NCBI GenBank assembly: GCA_025351645.1
Contig: JANXVN010000041.1
Location: forward strand, 2,524 to 66,523
DNA from: Ferruginibacter sp.
GTDB taxonomy: Bacteria; Bacteroidota; Bacteroidia; Chitinophagales; Chitinophagaceae
Direction of reading: 5' to 3'
DNA length: 64,000 nucleotides
The notes below the pieces were generated by a model that saw only the letters and a list, made by a program, of their open reading frames with translations, did not search any database and was not told the origin of the DNA. The number at the start of each line of letters is the position of its first letter. Position 1 is the stretch's first letter. A program made the translations under genes and the position numbers. Below, one piece after another: positions 54,817 through 64,000 of this stretch.

Positions 54817-56070
54817 ATGGACTTTAAGAGAGTAGTTGTAACTGGCTTGGGCGCCATCACTCCCCTGGGTAAATCTGTTGCTGAATATTGGCAAGGTTTA
54901 GCTGATGGGGTTAATGGTTGCGGGCTTATAAAACAGTTTGACGCTGCTAAATTTAAAACCAGGTTTGCCTGCGAGGTTAAAGATTTTGACCCCACTAATT
55001 ATCTGGACCGTAAGGAAGCCCGAAAAATTGACCGTTTTTCTCAGTTTGCATTAATTGCCAGCGACGAAGCTGTAAAAGATGCAGGCATCAACAAAGACAA
55101 TGTAGATGTTGATAGGGTAGGCGTTATATTTGGTAGCGGTATAGGCGGTTTAATTACTTTTCAGGAAGAGGTCATTAATTTCGCTTCCGGCGATGGTACC
55201 CCACGTTTCAACCCCTTCTTTATTCCCAAAATGATATTGGATATTGCCGCGGGGCATATCTCTATCCGTCATGGTTTTAGAGGTCCTAACTATGCAGTGG
55301 TAAGTGCTTGCGCATCTGCCACCAATGCTATTATTGATGCGTATGATAACATTCGACTCAATAAAGCAGACATAATAATTACAGGGGGTAGCGAAGCAGT
55401 GGTAAGTGCAGCCGGCGTAGGTGGCTTTAATGCTATGAAGGCGCTTAGCGAAAGGAACGATGATTACAAATCTGCCTGCCGCCCGTTTGATAAAGACCGT
55501 GATGGTTTTGTTATGGGCGAAGGAGCTGGGGTTTTAGTTATTGAAAGCCTGGAACATGCTTTGGCAAGAGGTGCAAAAATTTATTGCGAAATAGCCGGCG
55601 GAGGCGCCAGTGCCGATGCCTATCATATTACCGCCCCTCACCCCGAAGGGCTTGGTGCACGTAATGTAATGAAAAGTGCTTTGCACGATGCGGGCATGAA
55701 ACCAGAAGACATCGATTATATCAATGTTCACGGTACATCTACACCATTAGGCGATTTAGCCGAAACTAAAGCGATAGTGAATGTTTTTGGCGAACATGCT
55801 TATAAAATGAACATCAGTAGTACAAAAAGTATGACTGGCCATTGCCTTGGCGCCGCCGGAGCTTTAGAAGCACTGGCTTGTATAATGGCTGTCACAAAAA
55901 ATATTATTCCGCCCACCATCAACCACTTTACCGATGATCCCGAGCTGGATCCTAAATTAAACTTTACTTTCAACACTGCACAGCAACGTACCGTAAATGT
56001 TGCACTCAGCAATACTTTTGGTTTTGGTGGCCACAATGCTTCCGTTATCATGAAGAAGTACGTTCTATAA
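54817..56070 (+). CDS. fabF: Beta-ketoacyl-ACP synthase II
   Basis: SACASATNAI (active-site Cys), HGTSTPLGD, GHCLGAAG. ATG at 54817. Confidence 0.95.
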   Translation: MDFKRVVVTGLGAITPLGKSVAEYWQGLADGVNGCGLIKQFDAAKFKTRFACEVKDFDPTNYLDRKEARKIDRFSQFALIASDEAVKDAGINKDNVDVDRVGVIFGSGIGGLITFQEEVINFASGDGTPRFNPFFIPKMILDIAAGHISIRHGFRGPNYAVVSACASATNAIIDAYDNIRLNKADIIITGGSEAVVSAAGVGGFNAMKALSERNDDYKSACRPFDKDRDGFVMGEGAGVLVIESLEHALARGAKIYCEIAGGGASADAYHITAPHPEGLGARNVMKSALHDAGMKPEDIDYINVHGTSTPLGDLAETKAIVNVFGEHAYKMNISSTKSMTGHCLGAAGALEALACIMAVTKNIIPPTINHFTDDPELDPKLNFTFNTAQQRTVNVALSNTFGFGGHNASVIMKKYVL

Positions 56071-56170
56071 TTTTTGTTGCCCCAGCTAATACAGTAGCTA
56101 TATGGAACTTCACAGGCCCATCCGAATGTCAGCCGGGCGGACGTCACACTCTTTTACATTGGTTTTTCAG
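56071..56170 (+). repeat. Family C intergenic element (copy C2), starting at the base after the fabF stop codon
   Basis: TTTTTGTTGCCCCAGCTAATACAGTAGCT...GGCCCATCCGAATGTCAGCCGGGCGGACGTCACACTCTTTTACATTGGTTTTTCAGG. Aligns with the reverse complement of 12701-12810. Confidence 0.8.
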
Positions 56171-56346
56171 GCATCCTTAATCACATTATCTGTTGGCAGG
56201 TAATGTCTTCTTCACCATAAAGCGTCGGCATAATTACTTATTTTTCTCTGTTTTTAAAAAGTATAAAACATAAATAGTGCTTGCATCTATATATATTTTT
56301 CCATTGCGTTAAATAATATTAATTTTAACTTCTTATTCCATTTAAT

Positions 56347-57060
56347 TTGAACTTATTTACCAATCTCTTTACTGTCAATCTTAAAAAGAAAGAGTTTAAA
56401 AAGCAGCTTAACAATGTGCTTGGCTTTACACCCCATAACCTTAATTTATACAGGACTGCGTTAAGTCATCGCTCCGTACGGGAAGGGGCGGACGAAAATA
56501 ACGAACGCTTGGAATTTTTAGGAGATGCCGTCTTGAGTTCTATTGTGGCTCACTACCTTTTTATGAAATATCCCTACAAAGGCGAAGGCTTTTTAACGGA
56601 AATGAGGAGTAAGATGGTTAACCGCCAGCAATTAAATGATATCGGTATTAAGATGGGGCTTAAAAAAATTACCATTTACAATAAGTTTGATAGCTCGCTT
56701 AAAATATCTCAAATTTTCGGCAATACGCTGGAAGCCTTAATAGGAGCGGTTTACCTGGATAGGGGTTACGACAAGACACAATCCTGGGTAGAAAAATACA
56801 TCATATCCACCCACATGTTTATAGACGATTTGGAAGGCATTGAAATAAACATCAAAAATAAATTGTACGGCTGGGCAAACAAAAATGGCAAGCAGCTAGA
56901 GTTTGCAACGCTGGATGAAAAATTTGAAAATGGCCGCCGTTTATTTACCATTGGCGCTACCGTAGATGGCGAATTAGTAGCACAGGGAAAAGGCTACAAT
57001 AAAAAAGATGCCAGCCAGATAGCCGCACAATTAGCCGTAGATAAGTTAGGTTTGTTGTAA
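56347..57060 (+). CDS. rnc: Ribonuclease III
   Basis: ERLEFLGDAVL signature and C-terminal dsRBD. TTG start. Confidence 0.9.
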   Translation: MNLFTNLFTVNLKKKEFKKQLNNVLGFTPHNLNLYRTALSHRSVREGADENNERLEFLGDAVLSSIVAHYLFMKYPYKGEGFLTEMRSKMVNRQQLNDIGIKMGLKKITIYNKFDSSLKISQIFGNTLEALIGAVYLDRGYDKTQSWVEKYIISTHMFIDDLEGIEINIKNKLYGWANKNGKQLEFATLDEKFENGRRLFTIGATVDGELVAQGKGYNKKDASQIAAQLAVDKLGLL

Positions 57061-57165
57061 TTAGTTACAGTTTTATAACCGCTCCAATATGCTGTATTGA
57101 ATTGCTACCAGTTTCATTATCTTACTATCAAGGCGTAAACTTTTTTCAACCTCACAACACACAGC

Positions 57166-58182
57166 ATGAATTTTGGCATACTTGGCAGCGGAAGCTGGGG
57201 AACGGCATTAGCAAAAATATTGACCGATAACGGGCAAATGATTTACTGGTGGAACCGTAGCGAAGCATCTATACAGCAAATGATAGCCCGCCGCCATAAC
57301 CCGCATTATTTAAGCAGCGCCTATTTTGATATGGCTCAATTAAAATTAACATCTAATGCTGCAGAAGTTATAGAAAAATCAGATTGTATTATCATAGCCA
57401 TCCCATCTGCCTACATAGAAACTGCCTTAAAGGCATTAGATAAAAATATCTTTGAAGGAAAGAAAATAATCAGTGCTGTAAAAGGCATTTTGCCAGAACA
57501 TACCGCTTTATTAAATGATTTTTTAAAAGATCAATTTGATTTTCCTTTAGAAAATTATTTCACTGTTTTAGGTCCCTGCCATGCAGAGGAAGTTGCTGCA
57601 GAAAAATTATCTTACCTCACCTTTTCTGGCGTTGATACAGCAATGACGCATCATTTAGCGCAATATTTTAAGACGGATTATTTAAATACAGTCGAGAACA
57701 ATGATATCTATGGCGTACAGTATGCGGCCATCTTAAAAAATATTTATGCCGTAGGTGCAGGCATGGCGCATGGGTTGGATTATGGAGATAATTTTTTGAG
57801 TGTGCTTATTGCCAACTGCGCAGATGAAATGGCTGGCTTTTTAAAAATGGCCGGCATTAAAAATGTGGAATTGGGGCATGCAGGCCATAGGGTAAATAAT
57901 TATGCAGCATCTGTATATTTGGGCGATTTATTAGTAACCTGTTATTCGCTTTTTAGCCGCAACCGTACTTTTGGCAATATGGTGGGCAAAGGCTATTCAG
58001 TAAAAAGTGCGCAGGTAGAAATGAGCATGGTTGCCGAAGGGTATAATGCCAGCAAAAGCATCTTCATCATCAACCAAACCATAAAAGCCGACATGCCCAT
58101 TGCAGAAACCGTGTACCATATTTTATGGGATGGGCTTAGTGCGGCAGAAGGCTTTAACAAGATAGAACTTACGCTGGTGTAG
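57166..58182 (+). CDS. gpsA: NAD(P)H-dependent glycerol-3-phosphate dehydrogenase
   Basis: GSGSWGTALA Rossmann motif, GPCHAEEV, KNIYAVGAG. Confidence 0.9.
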   Translation: MNFGILGSGSWGTALAKILTDNGQMIYWWNRSEASIQQMIARRHNPHYLSSAYFDMAQLKLTSNAAEVIEKSDCIIIAIPSAYIETALKALDKNIFEGKKIISAVKGILPEHTALLNDFLKDQFDFPLENYFTVLGPCHAEEVAAEKLSYLTFSGVDTAMTHHLAQYFKTDYLNTVENNDIYGVQYAAILKNIYAVGAGMAHGLDYGDNFLSVLIANCADEMAGFLKMAGIKNVELGHAGHRVNNYAASVYLGDLLVTCYSLFSRNRTFGNMVGKGYSVKSAQVEMSMVAEGYNASKSIFIINQTIKADMPIAETVYHILWDGLSAAEGFNKIELTLV

Positions 58183-58263
58183 GATGTTGTATATTTAGGA
58201 TGGCAAAAAGTTTTTTTTATTTTATATTGATCCGTAATATATTTTCTACATCACCCTACCACC

Positions 58264-58734
58264 ATGACTACAGATTATACAATTGATATTTCAAAAAACG
58301 TAGCACCAGAATTTAAAAAGGCAAAAAGGAGGAGCTTAATTTATATGTATGGCTATTTGTTCGTGCTATGTTTTTATATGGGGTATACAATAATAATAAG
58401 CAAAGATTGGACAAACTACAAACTTGGGATAATTACGTTTTTTGCGTTTTCTATTACTTACCTTCAAATTAATGGCAAGTGGATTTATAAACGTTACGTA
58501 TCAATTACTTTAGAAGGCTTCAAGTGGCAAAAACAACTTTTCGAAAGAGGAAATATCAAATGGGTAGTTGTAAACAAAATCAACTTTAACCAATCGTTTA
58601 TTTACTTTACCCTTGCAACAAATAAAGTTAAAAGCTTTTCATTATCTAATATAACTGAACAACAAATAATTGAATTGAAAGAAATGCTTAACCAGCTTGC
58701 TGCTGAAAAGGGTATTACAGTTATCGCCAGCTAA
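58264..58734 (+). CDS. Hypothetical small membrane protein (two TM helices plus soluble domain)
   Basis: 156-aa ORF, no motif recognised. Confidence 0.4.
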   Translation: MTTDYTIDISKNVAPEFKKAKRRSLIYMYGYLFVLCFYMGYTIIISKDWTNYKLGIITFFAFSITYLQINGKWIYKRYVSITLEGFKWQKQLFERGNIKWVVVNKINFNQSFIYFTLATNKVKSFSLSNITEQQIIELKEMLNQLAAEKGITVIAS

Positions 58735-58900
58735 GGCCGCTTAATTACCATCTATTTTTTAAAAAAATTGAACTACCCCTAAAACAATAGTTGTAAATTT
58801 AACTAACGAACTAAAATGCCATTCTCCTTCTCAAATATAACTACTACCTAGCTCTTAATAATGACAGGTTAAATTACTGTTGTGGAAATTATTAAGTAAA

Positions 58901-60076
58901 TTAAGAAAAGCTATCAGCATTAAAAAATAGGTCTGCCGCAATACCATCCGCAAATAATTTGCCTTCTCTTGTTAAGATAAGTTTTTCATCAGCTACTAAA
59001 ATCTTTCCGCCTGCTTTCCATTTCTCACTTCCAGCTTTTAAATCAATAACCTTTTTGTCGCCAAATTTCTCCTTAATAAAATTGAGGTCAAGCCCTTCCA
59101 TCGTTCTTAGGGAAGTCATGATGTATTCGTTTAACTGCTGTGTGGACGTCAATATTTCTTCTTCAAAAGGCAATATATTGTTTTTTAAAGATTGTATGTA
59201 TAAGGCGTTATTGGCTATATTCCATTGCCGTCTTTTGCCGTCAAAAGCATGCGCGGCTGGCCCAAAACCATAATATTTTTTACCCAGCCAATAACTGCTG
59301 TTGTGCTTGCTGCGCATAGTTGGTTTGGCAAAATTGCTTATTTCGTAATGCTCGTATCCCGCGGCATGCATCCATTGCATCAGCAGCAAAAATTGTTCTG
59401 CCTGCTTCTCTGCATCTACCGGTGCTTTTTTATGCTGGGTAATCATTTTATCCAACGCAGTTTTAGGTTCTACCGTAAGCGCATAGCAGCTTATGTGAGG
59501 GATATTTTTTGAAATTACCATATCAACATTTCTTTTCCAATCCTCATTGCTTAGTAAAGGCGAACCATAAATAAGGTCCACAGAAAAATCGGTAAAGCCG
59601 GCTTCTTTTATTTCGTCAATGCATTTTAGAGATTCTGCAGCAGTGTGTGCACGGTTCATCCAAACCAGTTCATCTTCTATAAAAGATTGTATGCCAACGC
59701 TTAACCTGTTAATGCCAGCCTGTTTCCATAAAGCTAGTTTTTGTGCTGTAATATCGTCGGGGTTGGCTTCTAAAGTAATCTCAATGCTATCTTTAAAAAC
59801 AAATCGTTCCTGTAATGCGGCAAACAAAATCTCCAGGTCGCCAATGCTTAAAATACTGGGCGTGCCGCCGCCAAAATAAAGCGTTTCTATTTCTTCTTTA
59901 TCAATTATTAATGGGCTGATAGTGCTTGTGGTGGCAGGTGTAGTTTGTGTAAGCAAAATCTCTTTTGCCAATGCGGCAATCAATTCATCTTTTAATTTTA
60001 ACGAAGTAGAAAAATGAAAATTACAGTAATTGCAAGCCTGCTTGCAAAAAGGAATATGGATATAAATACCAGCCAA
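58901..60076 (-). CDS. hemW: Radical SAM haem chaperone HemW (HemN-like)
   Basis: CKQACNYCNF (CxxxCxxC) near the N-terminus, GGGTPS. Confidence 0.9.
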   Translation of the reverse strand: MAGIYIHIPFCKQACNYCNFHFSTSLKLKDELIAALAKEILLTQTTPATTSTISPLIIDKEEIETLYFGGGTPSILSIGDLEILFAALQERFVFKDSIEITLEANPDDITAQKLALWKQAGINRLSVGIQSFIEDELVWMNRAHTAAESLKCIDEIKEAGFTDFSVDLIYGSPLLSNEDWKRNVDMVISKNIPHISCYALTVEPKTALDKMITQHKKAPVDAEKQAEQFLLLMQWMHAAGYEHYEISNFAKPTMRSKHNSSYWLGKKYYGFGPAAHAFDGKRRQWNIANNALYIQSLKNNILPFEEEILTSTQQLNEYIMTSLRTMEGLDLNFIKEKFGDKKVIDLKAGSEKWKAGGKILVADEKLILTREGKLFADGIAADLFFNADSFS

Positions 60077-60136
60077 GCCGCTTTATAATTTAGTATTTGA
60101 AATTTAATATTTAATATTGACTACAGTTTACAAAGG

Positions 60137-61945
60137 ATGCAACAAAATCTTCAATATTCGTACTTCTATATCCGGCTTTTACTTATCCTGATAGTGAATG
60201 GTTGTTTTGTTGCTTCAACTGCTGCACAATACCAATTACATATTAATTATATTGGCAAAGATAGCACCTTTCAGTTGCAGGCTTTACAACTACAAACCAG
60301 CTTTACCAACCAGCCTGCTTGTTTTGAGTATGTAAATAGACTGCCAGCCCTCTTAAATACTAAAGGATATGCTGCTGCTTCGATTGATAGCATCCGTTAC
60401 GATACTTTATTTGCACAAATACAACTGTACCTAGGCGAACAACAACACTGGGTGCAGCTTACAACCAATAGCATCGATAAAAAAGCGCTGGACGAGAGTG
60501 GCTATATTAGTAAAAATTTCACCGACAAGCCTTTTAATATTAATCAGTTAAGTTACATAAAGGAGCGTGTTTTAAGTTATTATGAAAAAAATGGGTATCC
60601 GTTTGCATCTATTTTTTTAGATAGTATTGTTTTGAAAAAGGAGGCTATGACTGCTGCCTTAAATATCAAAAAAGGACCATTATACTATATTGATAGCATC
60701 AGTATTAGGGGGAAAGTAAAAATTTCCAACTCGTTTATGCAGCACTATTTAGGTATCCCCAATGGTAGTGCCTATAATAAAGAAAAGCTGGCACAAGTAA
60801 GTAAACGCATGCTAGAGCTGCCTTACCTGCAAGAACAACAACCATCAGAATTGAGGATGCTGGGTACTGGCGCTATATTAAATATGTATCTGCAGCCTAA
60901 AAAAAGCAGCCAGATAAATTTTTTAGTTGGTTTTTTACCTTCGAGTGCAGATACTGGTAAGCTGCAATTAACCGGTGATGTAAACTTAAATTTAAAAAAT
61001 GCTTTGGGCACTGGCGAAACCATCTTGCTTAACTGGCAGCAATTACAAACAAAATCTCCACGGTTAATAATAGGTTTTGCGCAGCCGTTTATTTTTAAAT
61101 CTGCTTTCGGTATCGATTTTTCTTTTGAAATTTTTAGGAAAGATTCTGCTTTTGTGCAGCTTAATGCACAGTTAGGATTACAATACCTTTTATCTGCCAG
61201 CCAATCAGGCAAACTGTTTATACAAAAGCAAAATACATTTCTTTTGTCTACTGGCATAGATACCAACCAAGTAAAAGCTACTAAAACATTACCGCTAAAT
61301 ATTGATGTAAGTGCCGTAAACATTGGCATAGACTATGAATTTAATAATACCAATTACAGGTTTAACCCACGAAAAGGCAACGAAATTAAATTAGTGGGTA
61401 CTGTAGGCATAAAAACAATCAATAAAAATAATGACATTATCGGCCTTACCGATGCATCGTTCAATTACGCCACGCTATACGATTCGCTTAAATTAAAAGC
61501 TTACCAGTTTAGGGTAAGTGGTTATTTGGCACATTACATACCAATAGCAAAAAGAGCAACTTTAAAAACTGTAATAAATGGAGGTATATTCAATAGCCCC
61601 AATATTTTCAGGAACGAATTATTTCAACTTGGCGGCAATAAATTATTACGGGGGTTTAATGAAGAAAGTATTTATGCAACCCAATATGGCGTTGCTACAC
61701 TGGAGTACCATTATTTAATTGGGCTAAATTCTTATTTTCTTAGTTTTATTGATGCAGGATGGGTTAAAAATAAATACCAATTGGTAAATGTTGGCAATAA
61801 TTTTATTAGTGCGGGCATAGGGCTGGTTTTTGAAACTAAAGTAGGGCTATTAAACATGAGCTTTGCAGCAGGTAAAAGAAACGATGTGCCGTTTAATTTA
61901 AGCCAGTCCTCTAAAATACATTTTGGATATATTAATTACTTTTAA
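60137..61945 (+). CDS. Outer-membrane protein, BamA/ShlB-like (POTRA plus surface-antigen beta-barrel)
   Basis: Signal peptide, POTRA-like N-terminal repeats, beta-barrel-like C-terminal half ending in aromatic ...GYINYF. Confidence 0.6.
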   Translation: MQQNLQYSYFYIRLLLILIVNGCFVASTAAQYQLHINYIGKDSTFQLQALQLQTSFTNQPACFEYVNRLPALLNTKGYAAASIDSIRYDTLFAQIQLYLGEQQHWVQLTTNSIDKKALDESGYISKNFTDKPFNINQLSYIKERVLSYYEKNGYPFASIFLDSIVLKKEAMTAALNIKKGPLYYIDSISIRGKVKISNSFMQHYLGIPNGSAYNKEKLAQVSKRMLELPYLQEQQPSELRMLGTGAILNMYLQPKKSSQINFLVGFLPSSADTGKLQLTGDVNLNLKNALGTGETILLNWQQLQTKSPRLIIGFAQPFIFKSAFGIDFSFEIFRKDSAFVQLNAQLGLQYLLSASQSGKLFIQKQNTFLLSTGIDTNQVKATKTLPLNIDVSAVNIGIDYEFNNTNYRFNPRKGNEIKLVGTVGIKTINKNNDIIGLTDASFNYATLYDSLKLKAYQFRVSGYLAHYIPIAKRATLKTVINGGIFNSPNIFRNELFQLGGNKLLRGFNEESIYATQYGVATLEYHYLIGLNSYFLSFIDAGWVKNKYQLVNVGNNFISAGIGLVFETKVGLLNMSFAAGKRNDVPFNLSQSSKIHFGYINYF

Positions 61946-61978
61946 ATAAATTCATTTTAATTTTGCAGTAAATTATAA

Positions 61979-62929
61979 GTGTTGAAGCTGGTTGTATCTT
62001 TTTTTATCCTTATTGCCTTACCCGTATGGCTATCTGCACAGCATGCAGATAGTACCTTAATTAAAAAAGATAGTTCCGCAGTTTTAATAAAAGTAGATAC
62101 TTCTATAAAAAAAGATAGCCTGGCCTTTCAAAAAGATAGCTTCCTTATTAAAGATTCTTTAAAAAAATTGGTTTCATCTTACCAAGCCAATTTAAAAATC
62201 ACCCTTAAGCAAAATAAGTACCTTAACATAGCCAGCCAACCAATTGCAATGGTAAGCCAGGTCAAAAAATGGAATACTGTAGATGATTTGTTTTATATAT
62301 TGCTGATAATTGTGGCGATATTGGCTTTTTTACGTTTCTTTTATATTCGTTATTTTAATAATTTATTTAGGGTGTTTTTTAATACCTCTTTGCGGCAAAG
62401 CCAATTAACTGATCAATTACTACAGGCAAAATTGCCATCATTATTTTTTAATATTATATGGGTTTCATCTGGCGGTTTATTTGTGTATTTATTTTTAAAA
62501 TATCTTGGTAAAATCACATTATACCAGCCGGTAACTATAATTGTCATATGCATAATATGTATGGCTGTTATTTATTTTTTTAAATTTTTAAGCTTAAAAT
62601 TTATTGGATGGGTAACAGGATATCAGCAAGTAACAAATACGTACATATTTATTATCTTTTTAATAAATAAGATTTTAGGTATTCTTTTACTTCCGTTTAT
62701 AATTGTAATGGCATTTTCTACACCTGTATTAATAAAAGTATCAGCATTAATTGCTATTTTATTTATTGCTTTAATGTTTCTTATGCGTTTTTATAGGTCC
62801 TATGGATTATTGCAACATCAATTAAAATTTAATAGGGTACATTTTTGCATGTATATAATTGGCATTGAAATATTACCTGTTTTATTGATTTATAAAGGCT
62901 TAGTTCTTTTATTAACCAAAAATCTTTAA
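61979..62929 (+). CDS. DUF4271-type polytopic membrane protein
   Basis: Multi-helix membrane protein directly upstream of hemD, the usual Bacteroidota arrangement. GTG start. Confidence 0.65.
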   Translation: MLKLVVSFFILIALPVWLSAQHADSTLIKKDSSAVLIKVDTSIKKDSLAFQKDSFLIKDSLKKLVSSYQANLKITLKQNKYLNIASQPIAMVSQVKKWNTVDDLFYILLIIVAILAFLRFFYIRYFNNLFRVFFNTSLRQSQLTDQLLQAKLPSLFFNIIWVSSGGLFVYLFLKYLGKITLYQPVTIIVICIICMAVIYFFKFLSLKFIGWVTGYQQVTNTYIFIIFLINKILGILLLPFIIVMAFSTPVLIKVSALIAILFIALMFLMRFYRSYGLLQHQLKFNRVHFCMYIIGIEILPVLLIYKGLVLLLTKNL

Positions 62930-62958
62930 CTTTGTATTACCAGTAATCTCATTGATAC

Positions 62959-63750
62959 ATGTTTAAAAACGGGGATAAAAACATCGAAAAGAAAACTAAA
63001 GAGGTTAAAAAAGTACTTATTACTCAGCCAAAACCAGAAGGTGATAAATCTCCTTATTTTGACTTAGCTAAAAAGCATAATATAGAATTACATTTTCATC
63101 CATTTATTGTAATCGATGGTATCCCTGCCAAAGAGTTCCGCAAGCAAAAAATTGAAATATCAAATTATACTGCTGTAGTTTTTACCAGCCGTAATGCTAT
63201 TGATCATTTTTTTAGGGCATGTGATGAGATGAAGCTTAATATTTCGCAGGATACAAAATATTTTTGCATCACAGAATCTGTTGCACTCTACCTGCAAAAA
63301 TTTATTTTATACCGCAAGCGTAAAGTTTTTTATGGTGCTGATGGTACCAATAAAAACTTGTTTGATGTTATTAATAAGCATAAGGATAATGAAAAGTTTT
63401 TATATCCATGCTCTCAATCTTTTGATAATGAAATAACAAACTGGTTAAAAAATAACCATTGCGAATTTGCTACGCCTGTTTTATATAAAATAGTAAGCAA
63501 TGATATAAAAGAAGTAATTGCCAAAAATTACGATGTTATATGTTTTTTTACGCCTGGTGGCGTAAAAAGCTTGCTCGAGAACTTCCCCAGTTTTAAGCAA
63601 AACGGCACCAGGATTGGCGCTTTTGGGGCTAATACCTTTAAAGCTGCTGAAGAAGCTGGGTTAACTTTAGATATTCGGGCGCCACAACCACAAGTGCCAA
63701 GTATGGTAAGTGCCTTGGAATTATATTTATCTTCGTTAAAGAAAAAATAA
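62959..63750 (+). CDS. hemD: Uroporphyrinogen-III synthase
   Basis: Two-lobed HemD-like pattern (VVFTSRNAIDHFF ... FFTPGGVKSL). Confidence 0.75.
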   Translation: MFKNGDKNIEKKTKEVKKVLITQPKPEGDKSPYFDLAKKHNIELHFHPFIVIDGIPAKEFRKQKIEISNYTAVVFTSRNAIDHFFRACDEMKLNISQDTKYFCITESVALYLQKFILYRKRKVFYGADGTNKNLFDVINKHKDNEKFLYPCSQSFDNEITNWLKNNHCEFATPVLYKIVSNDIKEVIAKNYDVICFFTPGGVKSLLENFPSFKQNGTRIGAFGANTFKAAEEAGLTLDIRAPQPQVPSMVSALELYLSSLKKK

Positions 63751-64000
63751 CTTTTCCATTTCAAATTTTCCCTTATTTTTATATACTAATTAAAAGCGCC
63801 TATTAATATACAGTTACTTTTTATACATTTCTACAATAAAAATTACTGTTATGCTTTGTACGTGTAAGTTTTTGCCTGCACAATTAATAGGTTTATGCCA
63901 GGTTAACACCTACTTTGATACATTTTTCCTTAAGCGAGATTTAATTATTTACCATGATGATAAGCCATTATTATCAGGATGGCCAACCTTTAATTAATAC

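Noticed and set aside
55800-56147. 115-aa minus-strand ORF spanning the fabF 3' end and repeat C2
   Set aside because: It is antisense to a well-supported fabF and runs into a repeat element. No motif.
56071-56170. Possible small peptide encoded in family C elements (two third-position differences between C1 and C2 in one frame)
   Set aside because: The ATGs of the two copies are in different frames. The frame with synonymous-looking changes has no start codon in C2, and stops differ. A non-coding interpretation is favoured.
63954-64000. Possible start of a further gene (ATGATGATAAGCCATTATTATCAGGATGGC...) at the window end
   Set aside because: Only about 15 codons are visible and there is no recognisable motif, so it cannot be supported.

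Overview
This AT-rich 64-kb chromosomal segment reads like a Bacteroidota genome (Sphingobacteriia/Chitinophagia-like). Supporting signs are DUF4295-rpmG-rpmB-ftsY and DUF4271-hemD synteny, CarboxypepD_reg/TonB-type outer-membrane proteins, frequent TTG/GTG starts and no Shine-Dalgarno usage. I support about 58 protein-coding genes, mostly housekeeping: the 5' end of rpsA, ftsY, rpmB, rpmG, guaA, glyQS, dtd, class II ribonucleotide reductase, acpP-fabF-rnc, gpsA, hemW and hemD. I saw no rRNA, tRNA or CRISPR array. Accessory content: (1) A 'ligase-associated DNA damage response' gene set (MBL exonuclease, ATP-dependent ligase, Lhr-like DEXH helicase, PdeM). It is split by a di-haem cytochrome c gene, a repeat cluster and an opposite-strand membrane-protein gene, and is flanked by a DUF2256 gene and an HDAC-family gene. 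(2) A cysteine-poor PhrB/COG3046-type photolyase homologue. (3) A class II Fic protein. (4) Two toxin-antitoxin loci with three decayed genes between them: hicA has an in-frame TAA, and an AbiEii-like toxin and its small upstream partner are both frameshifted. The most unusual DNA-level signal is the intergenic repeat load, in four families. Family A is REPIN-like inverted pairs of a 27-nt hairpin unit. Family C shares A's 5' and 3' terminal modules but has different cores. Family B is a 90-112-bp MITE-like element with perfect 18-bp terminal inverted repeats and 10-bp direct flanking duplications. Family D is a hairpin repeat (a tandem pair plus a third copy). Two gene modules look unexplored: a membrane-inserted patatin phospholipase coupled to a polytopic membrane protein, and a stand-alone LytTR regulator followed by two ORFs separated by a single in-frame TAA. 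I cannot demonstrate a clear-cut new multi-gene system from sequence alone. All functional calls are motif recognition by eye; no database search was run.
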